Origin: Candidatus Entotheonellaceae bacterium
Lineage (GTDB): Bacteria > Tectomicrobia > Entotheonellia > Entotheonellales > Entotheonellaceae
DNA length: 64,000 nt
Direction: 5' to 3'
NCBI GenBank assembly: GCA_965238075.1
Contig: OZ250173.1
Location: 3,040,001 to 3,104,000 of the forward strand
The stretch's first letter is position 1. Each line of letters starts with the position of its first letter. This document shows positions 20,478 through 30,504 of this stretch, piece after piece. The translations under genes and the position numbers were made by a program. Below the pieces are notes generated by a model that saw only the letters and a program-made list of their open reading frames with translations, had not been told where the DNA came from and did no database searches.

Positions 20478-21665
20478 ATGGACACCCGAAAAGGTATCGC
20501 CGTGCTCGGTTCAACGGGTTCAATCGGCGTCAACACCTTGAGCGTAATCGCTTCTCATCCTGACCAATTTGCCGTGCTGACGCTCGCGGCCCATTCAAAC
20601 GTGGACAAGCTTGAGGTGCAGGTGCGTCGCTTCCGCCCTCGGCTGGCCGTGCTGTTCGACGAGGAAAAAGCCAACTATCTGCGTGACCGTCTGGGGGATA
20701 TGGATGTCGAAGTGGATTCAGGTTTGGACGGACTGTGCCACGCTGCTGTGTATCCCGGTGTTCAATTGGTGATGTCGGCGGTAGTCGGTTCCGTCGGACT
20801 GTGGCCCACTCTGCGCGCTGTCCAGTCCGAGGTTGATGTGGCGCTGGCGAACAAGGAGTCCCTGGTGATGGCGGGGGAGTTGATCATTCGTCCCGACAAG
20901 CGGGCGTGGGGGAGAATTATTCCCGTCGACAGTGAACACAACGCCATCTTTCAGGTTTTGCAAGATCAGCAGCGCTCGGCACTGCGCCGCATCTTGCTGA
21001 CGGCTTCCGGCGGACCGTTTCGCGACTGGTCGCTGGAAGACATGCGGTCCGCCAGCGTCGTCGAAGCACTCAAGCACCCAAACTGGAAAATGGGTCCTAA
21101 AATTACCGTCGACTCTGCCACGATGATGAACAAGGGACTTGAGTTGATTGAGGCGCACCGACTTTTTGACGTGTCTGTCGAGAACCTCCAGATCGTCGTG
21201 CACCCTGAGAGCATTGTTCACTCCATGGTTGAATTTCACGACGGTTCCGTGCTGGCCCAGCTTGGCATTCCAGACATGCGCGTGCCGATTTCCTATGCGT
21301 TGGCTTATCCGCAACGACTGCCGAACACCCTGCCGTCGCTCGATTTGTTTTCTGTGCAGGCCCTGCATTTTTATCCTCCTGATCACGAACGTTTTCCCTG
21401 CCTGCGGCTGGCCATTGAGGCCGCGCGCTGCGGGGGGACGATGCCTGCCGTTCTAAACGCTGCCAACGAAGTCGCCGTACAAGCCTTCCTGGATGGGTCG
21501 ATCAATTTCCTGGCGATTCCGAAGGTGATTGAGACCGCCATGGCCCGACACGTCTCCATCCCTCTTGACGACGTTGAAATCGCGCTGGAGGCGGATCGCT
21601 GGGCGCGCGAATACGCCGCAACGGCGGTGAAAGCGTGTGGGGGTGTATTCAGGGATGTTGTGTGA
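20478..21665 (+). CDS. dxr: 1-deoxy-D-xylulose-5-phosphate reductoisomerase
   Basis: LGSTGSIG, LANKES, PVDSEH, HPNWKMGPKITVDSA, NAANE. Confidence 0.97.
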   Translation: MDTRKGIAVLGSTGSIGVNTLSVIASHPDQFAVLTLAAHSNVDKLEVQVRRFRPRLAVLFDEEKANYLRDRLGDMDVEVDSGLDGLCHAAVYPGVQLVMSAVVGSVGLWPTLRAVQSEVDVALANKESLVMAGELIIRPDKRAWGRIIPVDSEHNAIFQVLQDQQRSALRRILLTASGGPFRDWSLEDMRSASVVEALKHPNWKMGPKITVDSATMMNKGLELIEAHRLFDVSVENLQIVVHPESIVHSMVEFHDGSVLAQLGIPDMRVPISYALAYPQRLPNTLPSLDLFSVQALHFYPPDHERFPCLRLAIEAARCGGTMPAVLNAANEVAVQAFLDGSINFLAIPKVIETAMARHVSIPLDDVEIALEADRWAREYAATAVKACGGVFRDVV

Positions 21666-21728
21666 CCTCCCGACACCGGAATGAAGTGCTGGTTTTACCG
21701 CACGGCACTGGGCATCCGAGGGGCAGCC

Positions 21729-22322
21729 ATGTCTGATGAGAAGGTGCGAGCCTTTATTGCCATCAGGCCGGCTGCAGGCTTGTATCAGGCGTGTACCGGT
21801 GTGGCCGCAGCCGGCCGCGGACTACCCATGCGCTGGGTGCGTCCCGAATCTGTCCACCTGACGCTCAAATTTCTAGGGGACGTGCCGGTGGGCGCCATCC
21901 CGGCGATTCATCAAGCGTTGCGACAGGCCGCGGAAGGCTTGGTAACCTTTAGCGTCTCGGCGCGAGGGCTTGGCTGCTTTCCCAATGCAACCCGTCCCCG
22001 GGTCTTATGGATGGGTCTTGACGATCCGCGGCGTGAATTGCTACAACTCCAACGTCGCATCGGATCGACCTTGGCAGCGCTGGGAATCTCGGCGGAGGAG
22101 CGGCCATTCCGACCGCACCTAACCCTGGCCCGTGCTCGCGGAACCCGGGTCGGCGAGGAACTTGACGCGTTGTTGAGCGAGTACAAGAATCACGTTTTTG
22201 GCGATCTCTTCGTTTCCCAAATCCACCTCATGCGGAGCGACCTGTATGAAAAAGGGGCGGTGCATACGCCTCTTCATTCGGTTGCCCTGCAAGGCTCAAG
22301 CACCAGCTGCGCTATCGCGTAA
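21729..22322 (+). CDS. thpR: RNA 2',3'-cyclic phosphodiesterase (2H family)
   Basis: RAFIA, HLTLKFLG and PHLTLAR (two HxT motifs). Confidence 0.92.
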   Translation: MSDEKVRAFIAIRPAAGLYQACTGVAAAGRGLPMRWVRPESVHLTLKFLGDVPVGAIPAIHQALRQAAEGLVTFSVSARGLGCFPNATRPRVLWMGLDDPRRELLQLQRRIGSTLAALGISAEERPFRPHLTLARARGTRVGEELDALLSEYKNHVFGDLFVSQIHLMRSDLYEKGAVHTPLHSVALQGSSTSCAIA

Positions 22323-22346
22323 AGCCATCAGAAAGGGGAGGCAACG

Positions 22347-22781
22347 ATGTTGAAACAGATTCGTGCCACTCGTAAACACGGCTTTACCCTCATCGAACTG
22401 ATGATCGTGGTTGCCATCATCGGCATTTTGGCCGCCATCGCGGTGCCGAATTTCACCGCTTATCGCAATCGCAGTCGTGTCGCTGCCGCCGTGGCTACCG
22501 CCGAAACCGTTCGCGCTGCACTAGCGAGCTATGCTGCCGAACAAGTCAGCAGCCTCTATCCCCTCGGCGAGGATATCGAGGACTATGACGAGGCGGTCGC
22601 TCTACTTAACCCGCACGGCGCGGCCTTGCCTGCCGGCCCTGCCACGGTTTCTATCGACTCTCTGTCCTATGATTCCGAAGACGGTGAAACCTACATCCTC
22701 AACATTGTTGTTAATGTGCCCGACGGTGTCACGGGAAAGCAACTCACCGTCACGCCCGGGAGGATCGAGAGAGGGACGTAA
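22347..22781 (+). CDS. pilA: type IV major pilin
   Basis: Class III signal G|FTLIELMIVVAIIGILAAIAVP; next to prepilin peptidase. Confidence 0.9.
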   Translation: MLKQIRATRKHGFTLIELMIVVAIIGILAAIAVPNFTAYRNRSRVAAAVATAETVRAALASYAAEQVSSLYPLGEDIEDYDEAVALLNPHGAALPAGPATVSIDSLSYDSEDGETYILNIVVNVPDGVTGKQLTVTPGRIERGT

Positions 22782-22793
22782 CTTCCCGAACCC

Positions 22794-23558
22794 ATGCCCA
22801 GCACTTTTGGCTACGTCGTCGCCTTTGTCTTGGGAAGCATCGCCGCCAGCTTCGCCAACGTGTGCATCCACCGCCTTCCGTTACGGCAATCCATCGTATA
22901 CCCAGCCTCGCGGTGTGCCTCCTGCCTACACACCCTGCGCCCTTGGCACAACCTGCCGATTGTCAGTTTTGTCGCCCTGAGGGGCCGTTGCACTTTCTGC
23001 CAGGATCGCATTTCCTGGCGTTATCTGGTCGTGGAAAGCCTTGGCGGTCTGTTGTATCTGCTGGGATATCACCAACTCGGGCTTTCGGTGCCCGCATTTG
23101 CCTACGCCCTGCTGGCGACGGCGTTGCTGATCGTGTCTTTCATCGACTTCGCTCACATGATCATTCCCGATGCGGTGACGTTGCCGGGCATTGTGGTCGG
23201 CGTCGCCATTGGCTTGCTTCCCTCGTCAATCGGATTTGCCAATGCCGTTGCCGGCGTCTGCCTGGGCGGGGGGATTTTCTTGCTTATCGCCTTGGTATAC
23301 CCCGACGGCATGGGCGGCGGCGACGTGAAACTCATCGCCATGATCGGGGCGTTTGTCGGCTGGCAGGCGGTGCTCACAGCCATCATTCTGAGCGCTTTCT
23401 GTGGGGCGGTTAGTGGGTTGACGCTGATCCTGTTGGGGTTCAAGGAGCGGCGAGACCCCGTGCCATTCGGCCCGTTTCTGGCCATCGGAGGGACCGCGGC
23501 CATGCTGTGGGGTGAGGCATTGTTGGCATGGTACGGCCGCTGGACGTTGTCGTTCTGA
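22794..23558 (+). CDS. pilD: prepilin peptidase / N-methyltransferase
   Basis: SFANVCIHRLP, CxxC pairs, GMGGGDVKL, PFGPFL. Confidence 0.95.
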   Translation: MPSTFGYVVAFVLGSIAASFANVCIHRLPLRQSIVYPASRCASCLHTLRPWHNLPIVSFVALRGRCTFCQDRISWRYLVVESLGGLLYLLGYHQLGLSVPAFAYALLATALLIVSFIDFAHMIIPDAVTLPGIVVGVAIGLLPSSIGFANAVAGVCLGGGIFLLIALVYPDGMGGGDVKLIAMIGAFVGWQAVLTAIILSAFCGAVSGLTLILLGFKERRDPVPFGPFLAIGGTAAMLWGEALLAWYGRWTLSF

Positions 23559-23618
23559 TGACGCCAGGGGAGGGGGCTGATCCTCCAGACTATTTCTCCG
23601 AACAGGGAGGCAAACAAG

Positions 23619-23813
23619 ATGGCTGAGTACGTCCATCCGGAAGTACTGGTGAGCACCGAATAGGTTGCCGCTCACCTCAACGACCCATCCGTGCGGATTG
23701 TCGAATCGGATGAGGACATCCTGCTCTACGAAACCGGACACATACCCGGTGCCATAAAGGTAGACTGGCAAAACGAGTTGCAAGACCAGGTGGTGGTGCG
23801 CGACTACGTCAAT
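23619..23813 (+). pseudogene. truncated paralog of the rhodanese/sulfurtransferase gene (N-terminal about 65 codons, TGG->TAG at codon 15)
   Basis: [51 protein letters not shown] mirrors the gene starting at 25727; TAG at 23661-23663; homology ends after DYVN. Confidence 0.85.
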
Positions 23814-24002
23814 CAATGGGCGGAGATGTGGTATCATGACCTTAAACCGTTGGGAAGGGTTTTGTGGGTCATGCGGGACAGGTTGCGTGGCTTTCCACGT
23901 GAGACAAAACGCTTTAACTCAATACGTAGATCCAACGGGTTGAGATCATCTATATTATCCATGGCGAGTCGTTACGGCAAAAACTTTCCGGAGGACCGTC
24001 TG

Positions 24003-25553
24003 ATGAAGTACGATCACATTGTGTTAGGAGCGGGATCAGCCGGCGCCATCGTTGCAACGCGCCTCAGTGAGGACCCCCAGCGGTCGGTTTTGCTGCTCGA
24101 AGCTGGGCCCGATTATCCCGACTTTGAACGCTTGCCGGATGAGGTCAAGTTTGGCTTCGCTACCGCCACAGACATCATGGTAAGCGATCACAACTGGCAG
24201 TTTGTTGGCAAGGCGACGGACATGTCAGAGGAGATGTTGGTGCCGCGGGGTAAAGTTACGGGTGGTTCGAGCGCGATCAACGGCCAGGTTTTTCTCCGTG
24301 GCGTTCCTGAGGATTACGACGCCTGGGCGGCCATGGGCAATGACCTGTGGCGTTTTCAGAACCTGTTGCAGTATTTCCGTACCATCGAGACGGACATGGA
24401 TTTCGGCGGGGATGACTTCCATGGCTCTGATGGACCGATCATGGCGCGGCGCTTTCAGCCGGACGAGTGGCTGACAGACCAGAGAGCATTCTACAATGCG
24501 TGCAGAGCCGCAGGATTCCCGGACAGTCCGGACCACAACGATCCCGATGCCACCGGCATCGGCCCGGTGCCTTGCAACAACCCCAATGGGATTCGTTGGA
24601 GCACCGCCCTAGGCTACCTCAATATGGGCCGACATCGGTTGAATCTGACCATCAGGCCCAATTGCACGGTGCACCGCATCATCTTTGATGGCAAGAAGGC
24701 CGTTGCGGTGGAAGTGGAGAGTGGCGGACAGACGTTTGTCGTCGAGGGAGAAGAAATTATTCTCAGCTCCGGTGCCATCGGATCACCTCATATCCTGTTG
24801 CTGTCCGGGGTAGGTCCAGCAGACCAATTGCGCGACTTGGGTATCCCAATAGTGCAACCTCTGCCTGGCGTCGGCCAGAATTTACGCGATCACCCCATCA
24901 TCTACGTCACCTGGCGTACCAAGGCGTCGCACCCCCTGGATGGATTTGCCCCCAGAATCCAGATGGCGCTGCGGTGGACGGCGGAAGGCTCCGACCTGCG
25001 CAACGACCTGATGATCTTTATGCAGTCATTTGCCACCCAGCGGGTCAACCGCGGCGGCGGGCGTATGCTGCCCTTGGGTATTCGGATGCTGGGTGTCCTC
25101 GACTTGGCCATGAGTTCGGGAGAATTGCGCCTCCAATCCGCCGATCCCAGCGTTCAGCCATCCTTGGACTACCGCTATCTCGAGGACGAGTTCGACCGGC
25201 GACGCATGCGCGAAATGGTTCGGCGAGCGGCGAAGCTCGCCGAGCACGAGGCGTTTCAGGACATCATTGCCGAACGCATCGAGCCCACGGATGCTGAACT
25301 CGCGACTGACGAGACCCTGGATGCCTATCTGCTGCGGGAGGTCACCACAGGTCAGCACATCTCCGGGACCTGTAAGATGGGGCCGGCGTCAGACCCCATG
25401 GCCGTGGTGGATCAATATGGTAAGGTGCACGGGCTCGAAAACCTCAGAGTCGTTGACGCCTCCATCATGCCCGACTGTATCCGGGCCAACACCAATGTGA
25501 CCACCATGATGATCGGAGAGCGTATAGCCGACTTCATTCGTCAAGAACCATAA
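24003..25553 (+). CDS. GMC family FAD-dependent oxidoreductase (choline dehydrogenase/MftG-like)
   Basis: [55 protein letters not shown] before ATG 24003. Confidence 0.92.
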   Translation: MKYDHIVLGAGSAGAIVATRLSEDPQRSVLLLEAGPDYPDFERLPDEVKFGFATATDIMVSDHNWQFVGKATDMSEEMLVPRGKVTGGSSAINGQVFLRGVPEDYDAWAAMGNDLWRFQNLLQYFRTIETDMDFGGDDFHGSDGPIMARRFQPDEWLTDQRAFYNACRAAGFPDSPDHNDPDATGIGPVPCNNPNGIRWSTALGYLNMGRHRLNLTIRPNCTVHRIIFDGKKAVAVEVESGGQTFVVEGEEIILSSGAIGSPHILLLSGVGPADQLRDLGIPIVQPLPGVGQNLRDHPIIYVTWRTKASHPLDGFAPRIQMALRWTAEGSDLRNDLMIFMQSFATQRVNRGGGRMLPLGIRMLGVLDLAMSSGELRLQSADPSVQPSLDYRYLEDEFDRRRMREMVRRAAKLAEHEAFQDIIAERIEPTDAELATDETLDAYLLREVTTGQHISGTCKMGPASDPMAVVDQYGKVHGLENLRVVDASIMPDCIRANTNVTTMMIGERIADFIRQEP

Positions 25554-25726
25554 AAAGCGCCAGACTCATAGGCCCATTGCCTGCCGTTGATTGTCCGTTT
25601 CAAGATGGTTTTCGGGTTCTGGCCGTTACGCTGATGCGGTCTTGACGAATGGCTTAGGGTAGGGCAGGTAGCGGAGGATGCGGTTTGGTCCTCCTGACCA
25701 TTTCTTTGAGCGTGGAGGCACCTCTT

Positions 25727-26575
25727 ATGGCCGAGTATGTTCATCCAGAAGTGTTGGTGAGTACCGAATGGGTTGCCGAGCACCGCAATGACCCATCCGT
25801 GCGCATTGTCGAGTCCGATGAGGACATCCTGCTGTATGAAACCGGGCACATCCCGGGCGCCGTGAAAGTGGATTGGCAGAACGAATTGCAGGACCAAGTG
25901 GTGCGCGATTACGTCAATAAAGAGGCATTTGGGAGTCTCATCGGTAGTAAGGGTATCGGCAATAACCACACGATTGTATTTTACGGGGACAGAAACAATT
26001 GGTGGGCCTGTTATGCCCTGTGGGTCTTCAAGATGTACGGTCACGCCGATTGCCGCATTATGAACGGGGGTCGGCAAAAATGGATTGACGAGGGTCGCGA
26101 GTTGAGTACCGAACGGCCGCATTATCCTGCCGTCACTTATGCCGCCACCGGGCCGGACCTCAGCATCCGCGCCTTCCGTCCGGAAGTGGTGGACCACATG
26201 AGCGCCAGCAAAGCCCTGATTGACGTGCGGTCACCAGCGGAGTATAGCGGCGAACTCACCCATATGGCGGATTATCCCCAGGAAGGTGCGCTGCGCGGTG
26301 GCCACATTCCTGGTGCCGCGAATATCCCTTGGGGGCAAGCGGTTGCCGCAGACGGCACGTTCAAAAGTGCGGATGAGCTCAAAGACCTGTATGAGGGCCG
26401 GGCGGGTCTCGCGCCGGATGGCGATGTCATCGCGTATTGCCGTATTGGTGAACGTTCGAGCCATACGTGGTTTGTGCTCACCTATCTGTTAGGCTATCCC
26501 AACATCCGCAACTATGATGGCTCGTGGACGGAATGGGGCAACCTCGTGGGGGCACCGATCGACAAGGACGTCTGA
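25727..26575 (+). CDS. sseA: thiosulfate/3-mercaptopyruvate sulfurtransferase (double rhodanese)
   Basis: GHIPGA twice, active-site [16 protein letters not shown]. Confidence 0.93.
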   Translation: MAEYVHPEVLVSTEWVAEHRNDPSVRIVESDEDILLYETGHIPGAVKVDWQNELQDQVVRDYVNKEAFGSLIGSKGIGNNHTIVFYGDRNNWWACYALWVFKMYGHADCRIMNGGRQKWIDEGRELSTERPHYPAVTYAATGPDLSIRAFRPEVVDHMSASKALIDVRSPAEYSGELTHMADYPQEGALRGGHIPGAANIPWGQAVAADGTFKSADELKDLYEGRAGLAPDGDVIAYCRIGERSSHTWFVLTYLLGYPNIRNYDGSWTEWGNLVGAPIDKDV

Positions 26576-26591
26576 AGAGCGGCAGGACCCC

Positions 26592-26628
26592 GGCGGCGGG
26601 GTGGCTTCACAGCAACCCCGTCGTTTTT
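26592..26628 (+). terminator. hairpin / probable terminator after the sulfurtransferase
   Basis: GGCGGCGGGGTGGCT-TCAC-AGCAACCCCGTCGTT followed by TTT. Confidence 0.55.
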
Positions 26629-26634
26629 ATCCTC

Positions 26635-26727
26635 GTTCACCCCTGGCGCCTTACAGCGTCGGGTCTGACACCCCAAGGGTCAGGCGAACTATAACGTAGA
26701 GAAAGCCGCCTCCGGGCGGCTTTTTTT
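26635..26727 (+). ncRNA. candidate structured RNA (C4/CI-like multi-stem junction) ending in a strong intrinsic terminator
   Basis: Stems GGCGC-CTTACA-GCGTC and GGG-TCTGACA-CCC enclosed by GTTCACC/GGCGAAC; AAAGCCGCC-TCCG-GGCGGCTTTTTTT terminator at 26702-26727. Confidence 0.35.
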
Positions 26728-27251
26728 GTTGGGCGGTATTTTGTACGGTCCTCCAGGCAAATCACGCCTGAGCGATTCTGAGGCGTCATCCGGTCATGTC
26801 GAGCGGGAACCCGTGGCAAAGAAAGACCCGAAGGAAAGCCGGCCGCTGATGCTGCGGCGCTCGCAGTGGGAGACGCTGTGCAACTTCGCGCCCAAGCTCG
26901 ACGTGCATCTCGCGCACCTCAAGGGGATAAAGCCGTAGCACACGGTCAACTTCGCATAATCTCCCAATGTGTCAACTTTCGGAAATCCTGAAACCTGCGT
27001 AGATACTGAACTTGCGCGATTTCACGCCGGAGGCCTACGACGCACCTCACCGACAGCCGCAGTTTCCGCGAAATCAACCCGAATCGGTGGGAAGCCGGCC
27101 GCATCAGCAGTTCCATTTGCTGCCCAGGTGGGGGGCCTCAAGTGGCCGCGAGCGGACTTGGCCCAATCGCCGGCGGGTCGCAGTTGTCCGCCCAAGCGAC
27201 ATTGCACAGCCCAAAATGGGCCGTCGCCCCACCACGAGCGGGGCTGCATGC

Positions 27252-27483
27252 TTACTCGGCGCTCTGCGCATCGAGGCGCCCTTCGAGGTGCGACACGCGA
27301 CGGTCGAAGCTCCTCACGATGGCCTCGAGCACATCGTCGAAGCGCTTATTAACGGCATCGAAGCGTGCGTTGGTCTCAGCCTGCAAGCGGTCGATGGCAG
27401 GTATTGACCTGGTTGAACATTACGACCATTGCCACCAGTAACCCCGCAAAGGCAACGATGTTGCTGATTGCCTTCCAGTCCAT
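27252..27483 (-). pseudogene. small membrane-anchored coiled-coil protein, +1 frameshift
   Basis: AAAGGAAGG RBS; MDWKAISNIVAFAGLLVAMVVMFNQVNT, then after one extra base near 27399 AIDRLQAETNARFDAVNKRFDDVLEAIVRSFDRRVSHLEGRLDAQSAE*. Confidence 0.6.
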
Positions 27484-27798
27484 AAAGCCTTCCTTTACCG
27501 CCACTACCGCCACGCCCGAAGCCGCGCGGCGGTTCCAACGCCTCCAGGTTACCGAAATCTATGCGCAGATTGCTTCGAGGCGTTCGGCAAGTGTGGACGT
27601 CTGGAGGAGTCGGGCAGGTTGTCCAGCCAGTCCTGATACTCAGTCTGGAGTTCCCCATCAAGGTCTGCACCGTGTCTCGCCAGCGCTGTGGCCGGCCCCT
27701 TTGGTCACGCGGGCGCCGTTAGTGGATGCGCCGCTGTCTCTTTGCGTTATTCCCTGCCCTGCCGCCATTATTCCCCGTTACGTTGTACCATCCAGCAC

Positions 27799-28584
27799 TT
27801 AGCTTCCACACCTCTTTGCAGCCGTCCCGTCGAGAAAAGGGCGGAGCCAGCCTAGTCCCGCTACGGTGTCGCCGCGCGGCCGGTATTCGCAGCCGACCCA
27901 GCCCGTGTATCCAAGGTCGTCGATCAGATCGAACAGATACGGGTAGTTGATCTCACCGACGTCGGGTTCGTGACGGCCGGGATGGCCGGCAATCTGGAAG
28001 TGGTCGATCACCTCAAGGTGAGTCTTGATGGTTTCGGACAGGTTGCCCGTCATGATCTGGCAGTGATAGAGGTCGAGTTGCAGGAACAGGTTGTCGTGAC
28101 CCACTTGGTCCATGATGCGGCGCGCTTGCGCTGCGGTGTGCAGAAAATATCCGGGCATGCCGGTGGTGTTGATCGGCTCGATCAGCAGGTGAACGCCGTG
28201 GGGCTGCAGGGTTCCCGCCGCCCGTCTCAGGTTTCGCACGTAGACGGCCTCGCAGTCCGAGCGGTCTATCTCTGCGGGCGGCGCCCCGGCCATGGCATGC
28301 AGGCGCGGGCAGTTCAAAGCGCGGGCGTAGGTCAAAGCCCGCTCCAGACCCGCGGCGAATGCCTCCTCCTGCCCGGGGATGGCTGCCATGCCGTCAGGCG
28401 GCAGGTTGCAGAGGACCTGCTGGACACTGTTGCGCGGCAAAAGCTGCGCCAGCTCAGCGGGCGGAACCTCGTAGGGAAACGGACATTCGATGCCGTGAAA
28501 GCCGGCCTGCGCCGCGGCGGCGTAGCGGTCCACAAACGGCACTTCGTTGAACATGAAACCGATGTTGGCGGAAAAACGCGGCAT
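27799..28584 (-). CDS. hyi: hydroxypyruvate isomerase family (Hyi/OtnI) TIM-barrel protein
   Basis: MPRFSANI, LLIEPIN..MPGYFL, DLYHCQ, PGRHEPDVGEINY, GWVGCEY. Confidence 0.88.
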   Translation of the reverse strand: MPRFSANIGFMFNEVPFVDRYAAAAQAGFHGIECPFPYEVPPAELAQLLPRNSVQQVLCNLPPDGMAAIPGQEEAFAAGLERALTYARALNCPRLHAMAGAPPAEIDRSDCEAVYVRNLRRAAGTLQPHGVHLLIEPINTTGMPGYFLHTAAQARRIMDQVGHDNLFLQLDLYHCQIMTGNLSETIKTHLEVIDHFQIAGHPGRHEPDVGEINYPYLFDLIDDLGYTGWVGCEYRPRGDTVAGLGWLRPFLDGTAAKRCGS

Positions 28585-28608
28585 CCTGACGGCCTCCCTA
28601 AACCCCCG

Positions 28609-29490
28609 TCAATTGGGGCGGCGGTGGTTTTGTACGTAGCGATACATCCCGGCGATGTTCATCGGGAACCAGTTGAGGCGCGGGTTGTCCGAGTGGTACC
28701 CGAACCACTTTTCGTACTTGGGCAGCCGGATCGTCTGCTGCATTTCTTCCAGCGACAGGCCCGCCCTGGCATGCTTCAGCACCTCCCGATGCAGGTCCTG
28801 CATGTATTCCCGAAACTGCCGCACGTGGTCTCGTGTTCCCACCCGGCCATGCCCCGGCACCAGGATGTCGAAGTCCATGCGCTCGACGCGCTCCAGAGAG
28901 TCGATCCATTCCTCGATGTAGGCGTCGTGGAAATCGCGGTACGCCAGCGCTCCAACCGGGATGAAGTCGACGGCGAAAAGGATTCGCTCCTTCGGAAACC
29001 GCATGACGATTGAATTGTCCGAGTGGTTCCGGCCCATGTAGGAGAGTTCCACTGTCGTGCCGCCCAATTCGATGCTCATGCGGTCGGTGAAGGTGAGGTG
29101 CGGCGTGGCCGTGCGGCGTTGCTCGCCCACGATTTTGGCCCTGGCCCGTTCGTGCGCCACCACGATGGCCGTATCGGCGAAGACTTCGCCGCCGGAAATA
29201 TGATCGGGATGTTCGTGACTGTAGATGAGGTACTTGACGGGCTGATTGAATCGCCGCTGCAGAGCCTCCTTCAACCACGCGGCCGCTTCGGCATTGATGG
29301 GATCCGTGGCGATAATCCCCTCGGGGGTCACCGAGAAGACCGAATAGTGGGCGTTATTGCGAAAGCGGTACACCTCACCGGCGATGCGTTCGATGTCGCG
29401 CTCCGCATCTTGGGCGAAGGCCCAAACGGCGTTAAAGGCCAGAAACAGGGCGATCAGAAGGCTGGTGAACGTCAGTCGGGTCATTTTCAT
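28609..29490 (-). CDS. secreted MBL-fold metallo-hydrolase
   Basis: Signal peptide; SHEHPDH (HxHxDH), H in GRNHSD, PGHG. Confidence 0.88.
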   Translation of the reverse strand: MKMTRLTFTSLLIALFLAFNAVWAFAQDAERDIERIAGEVYRFRNNAHYSVFSVTPEGIIATDPINAEAAAWLKEALQRRFNQPVKYLIYSHEHPDHISGGEVFADTAIVVAHERARAKIVGEQRRTATPHLTFTDRMSIELGGTTVELSYMGRNHSDNSIVMRFPKERILFAVDFIPVGALAYRDFHDAYIEEWIDSLERVERMDFDILVPGHGRVGTRDHVRQFREYMQDLHREVLKHARAGLSLEEMQQTIRLPKYEKWFGYHSDNPRLNWFPMNIAGMYRYVQNHRRPN

Positions 29491-29511
29491 GCGGCGGGCT
29501 CCTTTCTATGG

Positions 29512-30378
29512 TTACCCATTCATGGCTTCACGAAACTGCCTGATGGCGGCGATGTGGGCGTCCGGCGTAGACAGGCCGGCTCGCATGGTGTTCAGGGAGA
29601 GGTGCGTCGCACCAAGACCGCGCCAGGCTTCAGCCAGCCGGCCCCAGGCGTCCGGGCCGCTTTCGGCAAGGCTGATGCGCCCCTCGATGCCGATCGCCGA
29701 AGGGTCGCGCCCGGCGGCGCGGGCATAGCCGTGCATGCGTTCGATGGTCGCGCGCCCGGCATCGTCCGGCGCAAACTGCGGAAACCAGCCGTCCGCCAGC
29801 CGTCCGACCCGCTCGACCAAGGCCTCTACACGCCCGCCCAGCCACAGGGGAATAGGCCGCTGCACGGGCAGGGGATTAATGCCGGCGTGCGTGACGTTGT
29901 GCCAGCGGCCGTGGAAGTCGACGACCTCCTGCGTCCACAGAGCGCGCAGCACCGCGATTTGTTCCTCACTGCGCTTGCCGCGGTCGTGAAAATTCTCGTT
30001 CAAGGCCTCGTATTCCACGGCATTCCAGCCGATGCCCACACCCAAACGCAACCGCCCGCCACTGAGCACGTCCACGGCCGCCGCCTGTTTGGCGACCAGC
30101 GCCGTCTGCCGCTGCCCCAGAATGATGACCGCCGTCACCAACTCCAGCTTCTGGGTCAAGGCAGCAAGGTAGCCGTAAAGCACGAAGGGCTCGTGAAACA
30201 TGTCGCCCCGCGCGTAGGCGCCTCCCCAATTTTTGTAATGCGTGGTGTCGGCGCCCAGCACATGGTCGAAGACGATCAAGTGGGCGTAGCCTAATTCTTC
30301 AGCGGCCTGGGCGAAATCGCGCACCCCTGTCGGGTCGGCGCCGATCTCGGTCTGAGGGAAAATGACACCGAGCTGCAT
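29512..30378 (-). CDS. LLM-class (probably F420-dependent) oxidoreductase
   Basis: AEELGY..FDHVLG, LVAKQAA.VD.LSGGRLRLGVGIGWN..EY, P.QRPIP; AGGAGGAG RBS. Confidence 0.9.
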   Translation of the reverse strand: MQLGVIFPQTEIGADPTGVRDFAQAAEELGYAHLIVFDHVLGADTTHYKNWGGAYARGDMFHEPFVLYGYLAALTQKLELVTAVIILGQRQTALVAKQAAAVDVLSGGRLRLGVGIGWNAVEYEALNENFHDRGKRSEEQIAVLRALWTQEVVDFHGRWHNVTHAGINPLPVQRPIPLWLGGRVEALVERVGRLADGWFPQFAPDDAGRATIERMHGYARAAGRDPSAIGIEGRISLAESGPDAWGRLAEAWRGLGATHLSLNTMRAGLSTPDAHIAAIRQFREAMNG

Positions 30379-30504
30379 CGCTCTCCTCCTGAAAACGGGT
30401 TGCCAAATAATGACGGAATCGTAGGGGTTGGTTGGCGACGCCATTCTGCCACAATGGGCTTGATGGTGCTACACGGTTGCACCCGTCACGGTGCCCCGCG
30501 GCAG

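Noticed and set aside
22347-22781. Conductive e-pilin
   Set aside because: It shares F1/F24/Y27 with Geobacter-type pilins, but it is a long pilin with only about 9 aromatic residues (including His) in 132, so there is no support
23661-23663. In-frame TAG as pyrrolysine recoding
   Set aside because: The intact paralog has TGG (Trp) here, the copy is also truncated, and no pyl genes are in the window
23691-24002. 620-aa ORF-track protein as a real rhodanese-GMC fusion
   Set aside because: No RBS at 23691, the linker looks non-coding, and GMC has its own RBS and start at 24003
26963-26990. Possible IS end (CCCAATGTGTCAACTTTCGG)
   Set aside because: No matching second end or transposase; family cannot be assigned by eye
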